This document shows, piece by piece, positions 35,258 to 44,876 of a stretch of DNA of 64,000 bases; within the stretch, counting starts at the first letter, position 1, and every line of letters starts with the position of its first letter. The translations under genes and the position numbers were made by a program. Source of the DNA: a virus. Lineage: Duplodnaviria; Caudoviricetes. The notes beneath the pieces are model-generated. The model made no database searches. It saw only the letters and a list, made by a program, of their open reading frames with translations, and had not been told where the DNA came from. The stretch spans positions 96,001-160,000 of IMG/VR virus record IMGVR_UViG_3300029288_000063, one strand, 5' to 3'.

Positions 35258-36283
35258 ATGGTGCAAAAGGTTGTATGTCGTATTGAAGATTTGTCTGAGA
35301 AGGTCGGTTGGTATATTAGCCGTCCTGTTTTGGATTTTGAAACTTCAAGGTTGTTAATTGCCGTCAACAAGCAAGTTACGCTTGATATGGCGGAGGCTCT
35401 TGCACGACGTGGTGTTGATGTTGTTCAGGTGACTCCAGAGCCGATAGATGTTGAAAACATCGAGCCGGGAAAAGATGGCTCGATGATGGCGAAAAAGTCC
35501 AAAAAGAAGTTGATGGATTCTTTGGCTGAAATAACGATGTCTGTTCGTGGTAGACGGAAGACGGTAAACATGAAGAAATCGTTGTCGAACTTTGTTCTTG
35601 GCAACGTAGAACGAGCAATCATAGGTGTAATAGAGTCAATAAGTAACAATCCAACGTCGTGTGTGTATTTGAGTATGATTGAGGATGAAGATCCGTATTT
35701 GATTCATCATGGTGCAAACACAACGTATCTTGCGTTGTGCCTGATAAACAAGTCGCCTTATGTGAGGATGTTATTTCGAGACCCGGAAAAGGGTTTGCCA
35801 AAATTCAATGCGCCGGGTATGTCGTGTGACTATTCGGATTACGTTCCGCTTGGTATGGCGGCGATGCTGCATGACATTGGCAAAGTTTTCATGCTGGGTA
35901 CGGTGAAGGAAAACAAGAGGTTGACGGATGCAGACCAAGAGTCTTGGGAAACAATCCGTAAACACCCGAAGCTTGGCCACGATGTTTTGTTTGGGAAAAA
36001 GATAGACTCTCATGGGTTGTTGGGTATAAAATATCACCATGAGAACTTTGATGGGTCTGGTTATCCCTTTGGGATAAAGGGGTATAAGATTCATCTATAT
36101 GCGCGGATTTTGCGGGTCGTGGATAGTTTCGACGCGGCGACCTCAAAGCGTCCGGGCAGGGAACAGAAGTCTCCGGAAGAGGTGTGCGTCGAGATGTTGA
36201 AATTAGCGCGGACGCATTATGACCCGGAGATTTGTGCGCACTTTGTCGCGATGATTTTAGGTAAGGAAATTCCGGGGTCGTAG
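35258..36283 (+). CDS. HD-GYP domain phosphodiesterase
   Basis: LHDIGK..HP..G..HHENFDGSGYP..VVDSFDA. Confidence 0.88.
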   Translation: MVQKVVCRIEDLSEKVGWYISRPVLDFETSRLLIAVNKQVTLDMAEALARRGVDVVQVTPEPIDVENIEPGKDGSMMAKKSKKKLMDSLAEITMSVRGRRKTVNMKKSLSNFVLGNVERAIIGVIESISNNPTSCVYLSMIEDEDPYLIHHGANTTYLALCLINKSPYVRMLFRDPEKGLPKFNAPGMSCDYSDYVPLGMAAMLHDIGKVFMLGTVKENKRLTDADQESWETIRKHPKLGHDVLFGKKIDSHGLLGIKYHHENFDGSGYPFGIKGYKIHLYARILRVVDSFDAATSKRPGREQKSPEEVCVEMLKLARTHYDPEICAHFVAMILGKEIPGS

Positions 36284-36349
36284 CTCAACTGGAAGAGCGT
36301 CTGCTTTGCAAGCAGAAGGTCAGGGGTTCGAATCCCCTCGGCTCCACCA
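36274..36349 (+). tRNA. tRNA-Ala(TGC)
   Basis: G3-U70, CCA. Confidence 0.92.
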
Positions 36350-36395
36350 AATTCAAAGTTGTTTGGTTTGTTCTTTCGGTTATTTTTTGTGATAT

Positions 36396-36481
36396 GGGTA
36401 AATGGCGAAATGGCAGACGCGCAAGGTTTAGGACCTTGTAGTCGAAAGACTGTGAGGGTTCAAGTCCCTCTTTGCCCACCA
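36396..36481 (+). tRNA. tRNA-Leu(TAG)
   Basis: Long variable arm, CCA. Confidence 0.9.
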
Positions 36482-36696
36482 CAACAAAGGATACACATAT
36501 GAACGTTTTCTGTAATGAATGTAAGTATTTGACAGATGATCTTCGTTGTGATTCGCCGTGCAACCTCCAAATAAAACTTTTTGGATTGGTTCTTTATGGA
36601 GGAGTTAAACCGTCGGTGCAAAATATGTATAATGACTGTGTGTTGTTTGAACGTGGAAAGGTTCCCCAAAAGGAATCTCGTTAAAATCTTCGAATA

Positions 36697-36782
36697 GGTC
36701 AAGTGGCGGAACGGCATACGCGGCAGACTCAAAATCTGCTGGTCGCAAGATCGTGAGGGTTCAAGTCCCTCCTTGACCACCA
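36697..36782 (+). tRNA. tRNA-Leu(CAA), second copy
   Basis: Long variable arm, CCA. Confidence 0.9.
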
Positions 36783-36793
36783 TTTTTCATCTT

Positions 36794-36878
36794 GGGCGAG
36801 TGGCGGAATCGGCAGACGCACGGGATTTAAAATCCCGTATCTTAAGATGTGCGGGTTCAAGTCCCGCCTCGCCCACCA
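36794..36878 (+). tRNA. tRNA-Leu(TAA)
   Basis: Long variable arm, CCA. Confidence 0.9.
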
Positions 36879-36934
36879 ATAAGATATGCTTTTTTTATAT
36901 CCCTCCTAAATGTGTCGTGTGGAGGGGAAATGCC

Positions 36935-37396
36935 ATGTGTAGGTGTAATAGGTTAAAAGATATAATAAATGCTGAGAAAAGTGTTATTTTGCATCACATA
37001 GATAGACATAAATGGTTTAACAGTATTGTCGATCAGAATATCGCCATTGCAGATTTTGCATCAAAGTATGCGTGGCTTATGCGAGAAGTTTTTTGTGGGA
37101 TGATATGTGCTGAACATGAATCATGCGAGGCTGCGAAAAACATTCGTGTTTGTTTTTCCGAAGAAATCTGTCGTGAAGATTTGGAAAGTTTTGTTAAACG
37201 TTATTGCGCGAAAGAATCACTTGATGTCGCTGAAATATGCTTCCGTTTAGTAAGGCGTCACATAAATATTCACAAATGGATTCATGGAATATCTTGTTAT
37301 GATGAGGCTGTTTTTGATTTTATAGGAAGATTTGGGTGGCTGGTTTCTGATTTGTTGTGTTTGTCCAAAACTGCTTGTGATAGGTGTATTGATTGA
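36935..37396 (+). CDS. hypothetical protein with duplicated HIxxHKW motif
   Basis: HHIDRHKW..DF..YAW and RHINIHKW..DF..FGW. Confidence 0.55.
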   Translation: MCRCNRLKDIINAEKSVILHHIDRHKWFNSIVDQNIAIADFASKYAWLMREVFCGMICAEHESCEAAKNIRVCFSEEICREDLESFVKRYCAKESLDVAEICFRLVRRHINIHKWIHGISCYDEAVFDFIGRFGWLVSDLLCLSKTACDRCID

Positions 37397-38001
37397 ACAA
37401 GTTTTGTTTTTTCATTTTGTCATTTTTCATGCTTGTTTCGGGTTGTTCCTCTATTGGGACAACTGCCGTCAAATATTCTGTTGAAGGTCTTGGTTATATT
37501 TCCGCTGACAGGTATAAGCGGTCGGATGACGTTGTGTTAGTTAAGGGTTTTCCGGGGAAACCGAACAGGTTGTATGTTCGACGCGGGATGAATCCATTAT
37601 GGGGTCCGTCTGAACTTTTAGGCGATTCCGGGATAGGGTGGTGGGATTATGTTGAGAAAAATCGTCGCGTGCAGATTTACAGCAGCGTATCGGTTGCTAT
37701 GTTTGGAAAATATGAGTTCCTTTTGTCGCCTGATGCGTACAAGTGTTGGGTTAAAGAACGAGAACACATGAATGCAAAGTACGCATCCGAGGTTGACCTT
37801 GGTATGTATCAGCACCTTTTGCAAACTCAGGCTCAATTTGAAGAGTCGACATCGGAATTAAAGCAAGAAAAGAGAATGTTTAAAATACGTCAAAAACCTT
37901 ATATAGAGGCGGATATCAAAAAAGGGTCTCATGACGAGTTGTCTTTTGGTGAGTTAGTTGGTATTGGTTTTATTCATAAAAAGGAGATTGGGGGCGAATA
38001 G
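37393..38001 (+). CDS. lipoprotein
   Basis: LVSGC lipobox. Confidence 0.6.
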   Translation: MNKFCFFILSFFMLVSGCSSIGTTAVKYSVEGLGYISADRYKRSDDVVLVKGFPGKPNRLYVRRGMNPLWGPSELLGDSGIGWWDYVEKNRRVQIYSSVSVAMFGKYEFLLSPDAYKCWVKEREHMNAKYASEVDLGMYQHLLQTQAQFEESTSELKQEKRMFKIRQKPYIEADIKKGSHDELSFGELVGIGFIHKKEIGGE

Positions 38002-38334
38002 GTATCGACTGAATAAGGACGTTATAGATTGCACGCCGTGGTTGGTCGGTTGGCCACGAAAAAAGCCGACTAAAGCAATAACTGCGAACGACAACGTTCG
38101 TCTCGCTGCTTAGGCGCAGCGACCGTCTGCCGGTGAGGACGCCTTAGTAACCGGACAGAAGGCCGATACGGAGGCTGACGGCGTCAAAGAACGCTGACGT
38201 TGCCCAAAGGGCAGTGACTTGGGGGAAAGTCTCCAGAAGCCCTGCTGGCGGGGCTATAAGCTGTCAGACAAGCGTGTAGACGTTTATAACTGAAATATTA
38301 CAGGACGCGGGTTCGATTCCCGCCGCCTCCACCA
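37990..38334 (+). ncRNA. ssrA: tmRNA, tag (A)ANDNVRLAA
   Basis: GGGGGCG..TCGAC 5' end, G3-U acceptor, T-arm, CCA; tag ORF after ATAACT. Confidence 0.93.
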
Positions 38335-38349
38335 AGTAAGGGGTATTGT

Positions 38350-38574
38350 ATGGCGGATTACCATAAGTTCATTCGTAACGCCTTGGCTGCTTATGCGGAT
38401 GCCAAAGGATTTGAGTTGTCGGATAAAGCGGACAAGGTGATTGACCTTGTTGTGTTGAAGGATGGGTTCTGTCCGTGTCGTGCTGTTCCCGTTCCGTGTC
38501 CGTGTCCGTTTCACGAGGAAGAGATAGCTACAGACGGTCAGTGCCACTGTAACTTGTTTCGGAAAAAGCCATGA
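38350..38574 (+). CDS. ferredoxin-thioredoxin reductase catalytic-subunit-like protein
   Basis: CPC..CPC..CHC motifs. Confidence 0.8.
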   Translation: MADYHKFIRNALAAYADAKGFELSDKADKVIDLVVLKDGFCPCRAVPVPCPCPFHEEEIATDGQCHCNLFRKKP

Positions 38575-38676
38575 AATTGTTTTTCAACTCTGTGTCTGTA
38601 AATGTGGTCGCTCGGTAATCTGACTCTATCACGTGGTAGCCGGGTTTAACACTGGCTACGCTACTTGGGGTGTTCT

Positions 38677-39147
38677 ATGGAACTTTCAAAGATGCTTCAG
38701 GAGTTTAGGGAGCAGGACTATTGCGACTATGAGAACGAGCCTCTTCTGACGCACGATGAGGACTTGTGGGGTCGTTTGACGCAGTATGCCCACCTTAACC
38801 CCGAGAAGATTTTTGCGATGGCGGAGTCGGAAGAATTTTTGAATGACCCGTCTATAGATAGAGAAGCTCTCAATGTTATGGTGAGGTACTGGTTGAAAAA
38901 TCGGTATCGTGGCGGTGGCGGTGAGATTGGGGAACCAATTCGCGGAGAGCAGTTGCCTTTCCGGCAAATCCGTTCGTTATCGGAGGCAGTCGGACAGTAT
39001 AGGTGCGAGCACGTTATGGCACAGCCTGTTCACAATGGCGGCGATAGCGGCGGTAGTGGTATTGATGAAACCGGTTTGTTCGACTTTGATATGCTGTCCG
39101 GAGACCCTGATGATGCGGATAAAGGGACAATCGAGGGATGCACGTGA
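38677..39147 (+). CDS. hypothetical protein
   Basis: ORF with coding-like composition. Confidence 0.5.
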   Translation: MELSKMLQEFREQDYCDYENEPLLTHDEDLWGRLTQYAHLNPEKIFAMAESEEFLNDPSIDREALNVMVRYWLKNRYRGGGGEIGEPIRGEQLPFRQIRSLSEAVGQYRCEHVMAQPVHNGGDSGGSGIDETGLFDFDMLSGDPDDADKGTIEGCT

Positions 39148-39419
39148 GTTGAGATTGATTTTTGGACGATGTCCGATTCACGGTATCCTGATGAAGACAA
39201 TAGATTGGTCACCCGGTGCTGGCGGTCAAAAGGACAGGATTATTGTCGAGTGCCCGCGCTGTCACCTTCGTGGTGACGCACTTTATGCTGATGGTCCGGT
39301 TGTGTTGTTTAGCAATCACCAGAGCGTTTTGGAAGAGTCTGCCAAAAAATCAAAAACAAAAAAGCGGTGATGGTTTGTATAGTTGTCCGACGGGTTTTTC
39401 GTCGAAAGGATGATGAGTT

Positions 39420-40586
39420 ATGGCTTCGAGTATTGTTGTGCCTATTGTGCGGATTGAAAAAGTCCGTTCCCACCCAAACGCTGACAAGTTGGAATTGTGC
39501 AATGTTCTTGGGTTTCAAATGTGTATTCCCAAGGGCAAACACAAGTCTGGCGACATCTGTGTGTATGTTCCTGCCGATTCTTTGGTTCCGAACGATTGGG
39601 CTGAAAAGTGGGGAGTCCTCCCTTATTTGAAAGGTCAGGAAAAGAACCGTGTCGGAAGAGTCCGGCTACGTGGTGAGCCGTCGTTTGGATTGATTGTTGA
39701 TATGTCGTGGCTGCCGGGAAGCGATAAGCCATACAACGTTGGGGACAATGTTGCAGACTGCTTCGGCATAAAGAAATACGAGCATCCGGTAAAGGCCGTT
39801 TCGTCGGATGCCGCAGCGTATGACTCTGACATTGACCCGTATGTCTCTCGTTATACCGACATTGAGAATGGACGTGTTTTCACCGAGGTATTCCGCGAAG
39901 GCGAAGAGGTTGTCGCCACAGAAAAGATTCACGGGACGAACTGTAAGGTTGGGTTCGTTCGTGTTGGCGATGAGTGGATTCCTGTTGCGGGTTCTATGGG
40001 TGTCCGGCGTAAGCGTCCTATGAGGCCGACATGGACTCCACAGTCATGGCTTGAGAGACTCTACGTGCGGCTTTTTGGCATGAAATACGTCGAGGCTGAC
40101 TTTGACGACCGCGAAATTCGTGGGAGCACATATTGGTCGCCATTTGCGCTTCCGTCTGTGCGCGTCCTGTTGATGCGTTTGTGTGATTGTGCCGAAAGGT
40201 CTGTTTTGCTGTATGGTGAGGTGTTTGGCCCGTGTGTTCAAAACCTCCATTATGGTGTCACGGCAGTTGAAGGTTTTCGCTTTCGTGCGTTTGATATTTG
40301 TATAGACGGGAAATTCCTCAACTGGGTCGAGTTCTCCGACTTGTGTGGGGAGGTTGGAGTTCCTGTTGTGCCTGTGGTCTATCGTGGCGCGTTTAGTTTT
40401 GAAGACATAAAGAAGGCTGCCGATGGACGTTCGACCTTGCCGGGGGCAGACAACATTCGAGAGGGAGTTGTCGTGAAGCCGGTCGTTGAAAGGGTCGACT
40501 CGAAGGTTGGTCGTGCGGTGTTGAAGTTTATCGGGACGGAATATGAGTTGTCCAAAAAGGACGAAGATGACTGTAAGGACGTTTGA
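39420..40586 (+). CDS. ATP-dependent RNA ligase (DRB0094 family)
   Basis: N-terminal HPNADKLE tRNA-binding-like domain; TEKIHGTN, YGE, AFD, REGVVVK. Confidence 0.88.
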   Translation: MASSIVVPIVRIEKVRSHPNADKLELCNVLGFQMCIPKGKHKSGDICVYVPADSLVPNDWAEKWGVLPYLKGQEKNRVGRVRLRGEPSFGLIVDMSWLPGSDKPYNVGDNVADCFGIKKYEHPVKAVSSDAAAYDSDIDPYVSRYTDIENGRVFTEVFREGEEVVATEKIHGTNCKVGFVRVGDEWIPVAGSMGVRRKRPMRPTWTPQSWLERLYVRLFGMKYVEADFDDREIRGSTYWSPFALPSVRVLLMRLCDCAERSVLLYGEVFGPCVQNLHYGVTAVEGFRFRAFDICIDGKFLNWVEFSDLCGEVGVPVVPVVYRGAFSFEDIKKAADGRSTLPGADNIREGVVVKPVVERVDSKVGRAVLKFIGTEYELSKKDEDDCKDV

Positions 40587-40669
40587 TGTGGAAGAAGCGT
40601 CTGAAGATGGATTATCGTTCTCGTTAGGGTTATGTGACCAATGAAGTGTTTGAGTCCGGATTTGTGGTT

Positions 40670-40705
40670 AAAATATAACTGCCTTTATGGCAGTTATATT
40701 TTTTT
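40670..40705. terminator. bidirectional terminator
   Basis: AAAATATAACTGCC/GGCAGTTATATTTT. Confidence 0.65.
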
Positions 40706-40784
40706 ATACATCACCGTTATGTGAGTATTTTGTCCAACGTCGTTTGCGTTGTGACCCCGGAAGTAAGATTGGGAAACACTGCGG

Positions 40785-41387
40785 ATGGTCCGCCGGTTTT
40801 TTGTCCTTGAAGAAGGCGCGAAAGAGAGGTATGTAGTGCAATTAGTACCGTTGTCGGCGAGTGATATTAGATTGGCGCTTGGCCGGGCGCAGAGGATGAG
40901 TTCGTTTCAGTGTGGCAGGACGTTTCGTGATGGGTTCAAACCAGAAATCGGAATATCTGCCGTTGGTTTCGAGAAGATGTTTCCAAGCTTGAAGCAGCCG
41001 AACGAAAAGAAGCATGTTTGGGTGGATGGTAAGGGTCGTAAGATTAAGCTGTGCACCAAACGTCGTGCGATTGAAACTGGCACGGAGTATTTGCACGATG
41101 CGTCGGCCACGACGAAGGATTGTGCAAGTGATGTCGACCTGTTCGTGTTTGCCTCCGTGGAGATGCCGAGGTGTTGGCGTGACTCGTTCCCGTCCCAGTC
41201 GGAGCTGGAAAGTCCTGAAAATTACCGATTGTGGTTGTGTGGCTGGATGGGGCGTGAAGAGTTCAACCTGAAAGCGCGTTCGGTTGACCGTGGGAAGTCT
41301 GAAAGCCCGACTTGGAGTGCGTCGGCAGACTGTAAGTCCATCAAGCACCACGAACTGCATCCCCTGTTTAACAAGGGAGGCAAATAA
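40785..41387 (+). CDS. hypothetical (restriction-endonuclease-like fold possible)
   Basis: D.FVFASV..LWLCGW pattern; paralog-like to next gene. Confidence 0.45.
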   Translation: MVRRFFVLEEGAKERYVVQLVPLSASDIRLALGRAQRMSSFQCGRTFRDGFKPEIGISAVGFEKMFPSLKQPNEKKHVWVDGKGRKIKLCTKRRAIETGTEYLHDASATTKDCASDVDLFVFASVEMPRCWRDSFPSQSELESPENYRLWLCGWMGREEFNLKARSVDRGKSESPTWSASADCKSIKHHELHPLFNKGGK

Positions 41388-41968
41388 TGTCTGTTTCGTT
41401 GAGTCAATTGGTTTATGTCCCGCTGACAAAGAAAGAACTTGAGCTTGCAAGGAAGTATGGTGAGGAAATTCGGATTCAAACAGCAAACGAAAAGACAATT
41501 CGTGTTGGAAACAAATACTGTTGCGGCATCATGATTGTTGCTGTCCTGAAAATGTTTCCGACGTGGAGTATTCACAATCTCGCTCAGATGGAACTGATTA
41601 CGCCTGAGAAGGAAATCATCAGGCTTTGCTCCAAGCAGCGTTTTTCTGCAACTCGTGTTGAGTTTGAGGCGTCCGTTACTGCGGGCAACCTCAAGTCTTG
41701 CAATGGAAAGACTTTGATGTTTGGGTCGATTGAGTTCAACGACGATTGGAAGGTGAACGGATTTCCTGTTCATGATGATGCGGAGTATACCAATCAGGAC
41801 AACGTTCGGGCAATAGTTTGCGGGGAGATGTCTGGCGCGGATTACGATAATTTGAACAGTCCGCTTGAGGTTGGTGATGTTTCAGGGAGCAATAGTCACG
41901 TTTGCTCTGGTGCGTGTGGAAATCTGAAGTACGCTGACCTGAATCCGCTACGTAGTCGTGCTGTATGA
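41387..41968 (+). CDS. hypothetical, paralog-like to previous gene
   Basis: Shared V(P)L..A start, I(K/R)LC(T/S)K, and C-terminal L.PL. Confidence 0.45.
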   Translation: MSVSLSQLVYVPLTKKELELARKYGEEIRIQTANEKTIRVGNKYCCGIMIVAVLKMFPTWSIHNLAQMELITPEKEIIRLCSKQRFSATRVEFEASVTAGNLKSCNGKTLMFGSIEFNDDWKVNGFPVHDDAEYTNQDNVRAIVCGEMSGADYDNLNSPLEVGDVSGSNSHVCSGACGNLKYADLNPLRSRAV

Positions 41969-42014
41969 TTTTTTTATAGCTATCCTCTATTGAGGTGATT
42001 GATAGGGGATAGCT

Positions 42015-42266
42015 ATGCTTCAGGCGATTTTGACTGTTGTCATAAATGTTGTATTTAGTGGTTTGTTCGGTTGGTTGTCGAACAAACAAAACGAACAATT
42101 GCAGGATCAGGTCGACGCCCTGCAAGGTGCCCTGAACACTGTTGAGTCATCACACCAACAGGAACAGGTTGCGGAGGATGCTGCCCATGAAGCTTCAAGC
42201 AATGCACCGTCCATTATTGGCTCTGACGGTGGTCTTGACTTCTCTGGTTTTAATAACCGCACTTAG
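42015..42266 (+). CDS. i-spanin (Rz-like)
   Basis: N-terminal TM plus coiled coil; overlapped by lipoprotein gene. Confidence 0.6.
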   Translation: MLQAILTVVINVVFSGLFGWLSNKQNEQLQDQVDALQGALNTVESSHQQEQVAEDAAHEASSNAPSIIGSDGGLDFSGFNNRT

Positions 42267-42573
42267 CGGCTGTGTAGTTTATACAGGGTCGTCACAAGCT
42301 CCGTCGTCTATTTTTGTCTATGCGCGGCAGCCTGTTTATGAGATGCCGGAAAATGTTGTGCTTTCGAATGTTCCCAGCTCTGAGATGATGAAGTTGTCGC
42401 CAGAGTACCGTGCGGTAATTGAAAAGAACTTTCAGGTTTTGACGACACGGGTTGTGGAGTTGGAAGCAATCATCAAGACCCATAACGAGTATGCGAAGCG
42501 CATGAACGAGACCTCTGGAATATACAAGAGTGCTCTTGGTGATGTGGGAAGCACGTCATCCGAGGTTAAATAG
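42187..42573 (+). CDS. o-spanin (Rz1-like lipoprotein)
   Basis: ALSGC lipobox, +1 overlap. Confidence 0.6.
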   Translation: MKLQAMHRPLLALTVVLTSLVLITALSGCVVYTGSSQAPSSIFVYARQPVYEMPENVVLSNVPSSEMMKLSPEYRAVIEKNFQVLTTRVVELEAIIKTHNEYAKRMNETSGIYKSALGDVGSTSSEVK

Positions 42574-42585
42574 CGGGGGTTTCCT

Positions 42586-43050
42586 GTGCCTAACTTCGAG
42601 TGGATAAGTCCAGAAGACAGAAATGCTGAGGAGTTAATTGGCGAGCTGCAATACAAAGAATGCTTTGTGGGGCAGACCGACAGTTATCCGGGGAGAAGCA
42701 GGGTGCTGTTTCAAAACCTAACGTTATATGCCGGTGACAACAAGACCTATGTGGTCTATGTGAAAGACCGTGATGGAAATCCTGTTTTGGTTTCCGGCGC
42801 GGTTGCGGTGTTGACGTGGCGTCGTGCCAAGGGCGAGGCGTTGGTTTTTCAGAAGAGTACGGCTGTTGCCGGTGAAGGCGAAATTGGTGCGGCGAACAAA
42901 GGCGAGGTGTTTTTCTATTTGGTTTCTGCGGACACATCCGCAATCGAAAAAGATAGGCAGTATGTTTGGGATATTGCCGTGACGCTTTCCTCCGGCAAAC
43001 GGTATACTGTTCTTGAAGGTGTAACAACCCTGCGTAGCACTGTAGCCTGA
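42586..43050 (+). CDS. BppU-N-like Ig-fold virion protein
   Basis: YAGD..KDRDG..G.V.F.L..DT..YVWD..VLEG pattern. Confidence 0.55.
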   Translation: MPNFEWISPEDRNAEELIGELQYKECFVGQTDSYPGRSRVLFQNLTLYAGDNKTYVVYVKDRDGNPVLVSGAVAVLTWRRAKGEALVFQKSTAVAGEGEIGAANKGEVFFYLVSADTSAIEKDRQYVWDIAVTLSSGKRYTVLEGVTTLRSTVA

Positions 43051-43112
43051 ACCCCGTAAGGCGTAGTTTCGTTTCGATTCGATGAGTGTCGTGTGTCTGG
43101 AGAGGAGAGGAC

Positions 43113-44867
43113 ATGAACGAGAATTTTTTGGATATGGGCCGTGATGGCTCGTTGGTTATCCGTTGTAGGTTTGAAGAAAAAGACGTTGCCAAGGCTATCG
43201 GTGCGAGGTGGGACAAGCCAACGAAGACTTGGATTGCGGCATTTACCGTTCAGAACGTCAAGTTTTTGGTCGAAAACCTTGAAGACGTCTTTATTGCCGC
43301 ATCGGTAGAAGAGAGGCTTGGTAAAGATTCCGAGATTGACACGAAGTTGAACCAGTTGAGGGCGTTGTCAAAGAAAGATTCGCCGGTTCAATTGAGGGTG
43401 CCGGGGGTAAATGTTGCCCTCTACAACTATCAGAAGCTTGGTGTGTTGTATTCGACTGCCGGTATGCCCGGAGTATTGTTGGGTGACGAGATGGGCTTGG
43501 GTAAGTCGATTCAAGCCATTGCGACAGCCTGTTGGAAGCGTGCCAATGGGTTGGCACAAAACTGTCTGGTTATCACCCCGGCAAGTCTGAAATGGAACTG
43601 GCCGCTGGAGGTTGAGAAGTTCACAAATGCGAACTATGTGGTAATTGATGGGACACCTGAAGAACGCATACGTCAGTGGTTGAGGAAGGATGTGTTTTTC
43701 TATATCGTCAACTTTGAGATGATTTTGGAAGACCTATTTGGTGGCAAAGAAATCTCGTTTGACGAATTCGATTCGGCGGCAACGATTGTTCGCAAGGAAA
43801 AGCAGTTGGCGTCCGCTAAACACCGCATGGCAACCCTCGCACCCGTGAGGGACCGCCTGTGGGACATGATTGTTATCGACGAGGCGCATTCTATCAAGAA
43901 CCATTCGTCGAAGCGGACGAAGAACGTAAAGAAACTCAAGGGGAAGTTCCGGATGGCGTTATCCGGAACCCCGATGGATGGCAAGCTCGAAGACCTGCAC
44001 AGTATTATGGATTGGGTTGCGCCGGGTCTTTTTGAGTCCCGTACAAGGTTTCTGCAAAAACATGCAGAGTTTGACTTTTGGGGGCGCGTGGTTCGTTATC
44101 GTGAAATTGACGAGGTTCGGAAACGTATTGAACCGTTCTTTCTAAGGCGTCTGAAGAAGGATGTTTTGAAGGATTTGCCGGACAAGGTATACAACGACCG
44201 TTATGTCATGTTGCCGTCCAAGGAGATGAAGATTTATCGCAGTTTGGCGGAACGTGGTCACGAGGCGACTATGGATGCGCAGGCGATGACTGCGATTATT
44301 CGGTGCAAGCAGTTCTGCGATTATCCGGGTTTGTTGAAGGAAAACTTTGAAGGCGCGAAGATGGAGATGTTCCGCGAGGTGTTGCAGGAGGTTGTTATCG
44401 ACAACGGGCACAAGGCGTTGATTTTCAGCCAGTATTCCTCGATGTGCGAGGTTTTGTGTCGCGTGGCTGAGGATATGGGGCTGCGGTATCTCTACATTTG
44501 GGGTGATACGCCGAAGAAGGAACGTGCCGCGATGCAGGCAAAGTTCAATGGTGACCCCGAGCTGAACCTCATGATTGGGACGGAGGCAATGTCGACGGGT
44601 TTGAATTTTACGTCTGCCGATTACGTCATCAATTATGATGACGCGTGGAGTCCCGCAATCATGAAGCAGCGGGAAGACCGTGCCCACCGCATCGGTCAGA
44701 AAAGTGTTGTGACGGTGGTAAACTTCATTTGTCGAGACACAATTGAAGAGCGGATTCGTAGCGTTCTCGATGTTAAGGGTGCCGTTTCGTCCAAGGCGTT
44801 GGGCGACGAGACGGACGAACAGATTGTTGCACGCCTTAGCGTACAAGATATCGCCAAGATGCTATAA
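43113..44867 (+). CDS. SNF2-family helicase
   Basis: GDEMGLGKS, DEAH, SGTP, QREDRAHRIGQ. Confidence 0.93.
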   Translation: MNENFLDMGRDGSLVIRCRFEEKDVAKAIGARWDKPTKTWIAAFTVQNVKFLVENLEDVFIAASVEERLGKDSEIDTKLNQLRALSKKDSPVQLRVPGVNVALYNYQKLGVLYSTAGMPGVLLGDEMGLGKSIQAIATACWKRANGLAQNCLVITPASLKWNWPLEVEKFTNANYVVIDGTPEERIRQWLRKDVFFYIVNFEMILEDLFGGKEISFDEFDSAATIVRKEKQLASAKHRMATLAPVRDRLWDMIVIDEAHSIKNHSSKRTKNVKKLKGKFRMALSGTPMDGKLEDLHSIMDWVAPGLFESRTRFLQKHAEFDFWGRVVRYREIDEVRKRIEPFFLRRLKKDVLKDLPDKVYNDRYVMLPSKEMKIYRSLAERGHEATMDAQAMTAIIRCKQFCDYPGLLKENFEGAKMEMFREVLQEVVIDNGHKALIFSQYSSMCEVLCRVAEDMGLRYLYIWGDTPKKERAAMQAKFNGDPELNLMIGTEAMSTGLNFTSADYVINYDDAWSPAIMKQREDRAHRIGQKSVVTVVNFICRDTIEERIRSVLDVKGAVSSKALGDETDEQIVARLSVQDIAKML

Positions 44868-44876
44868 GGAGGATTT

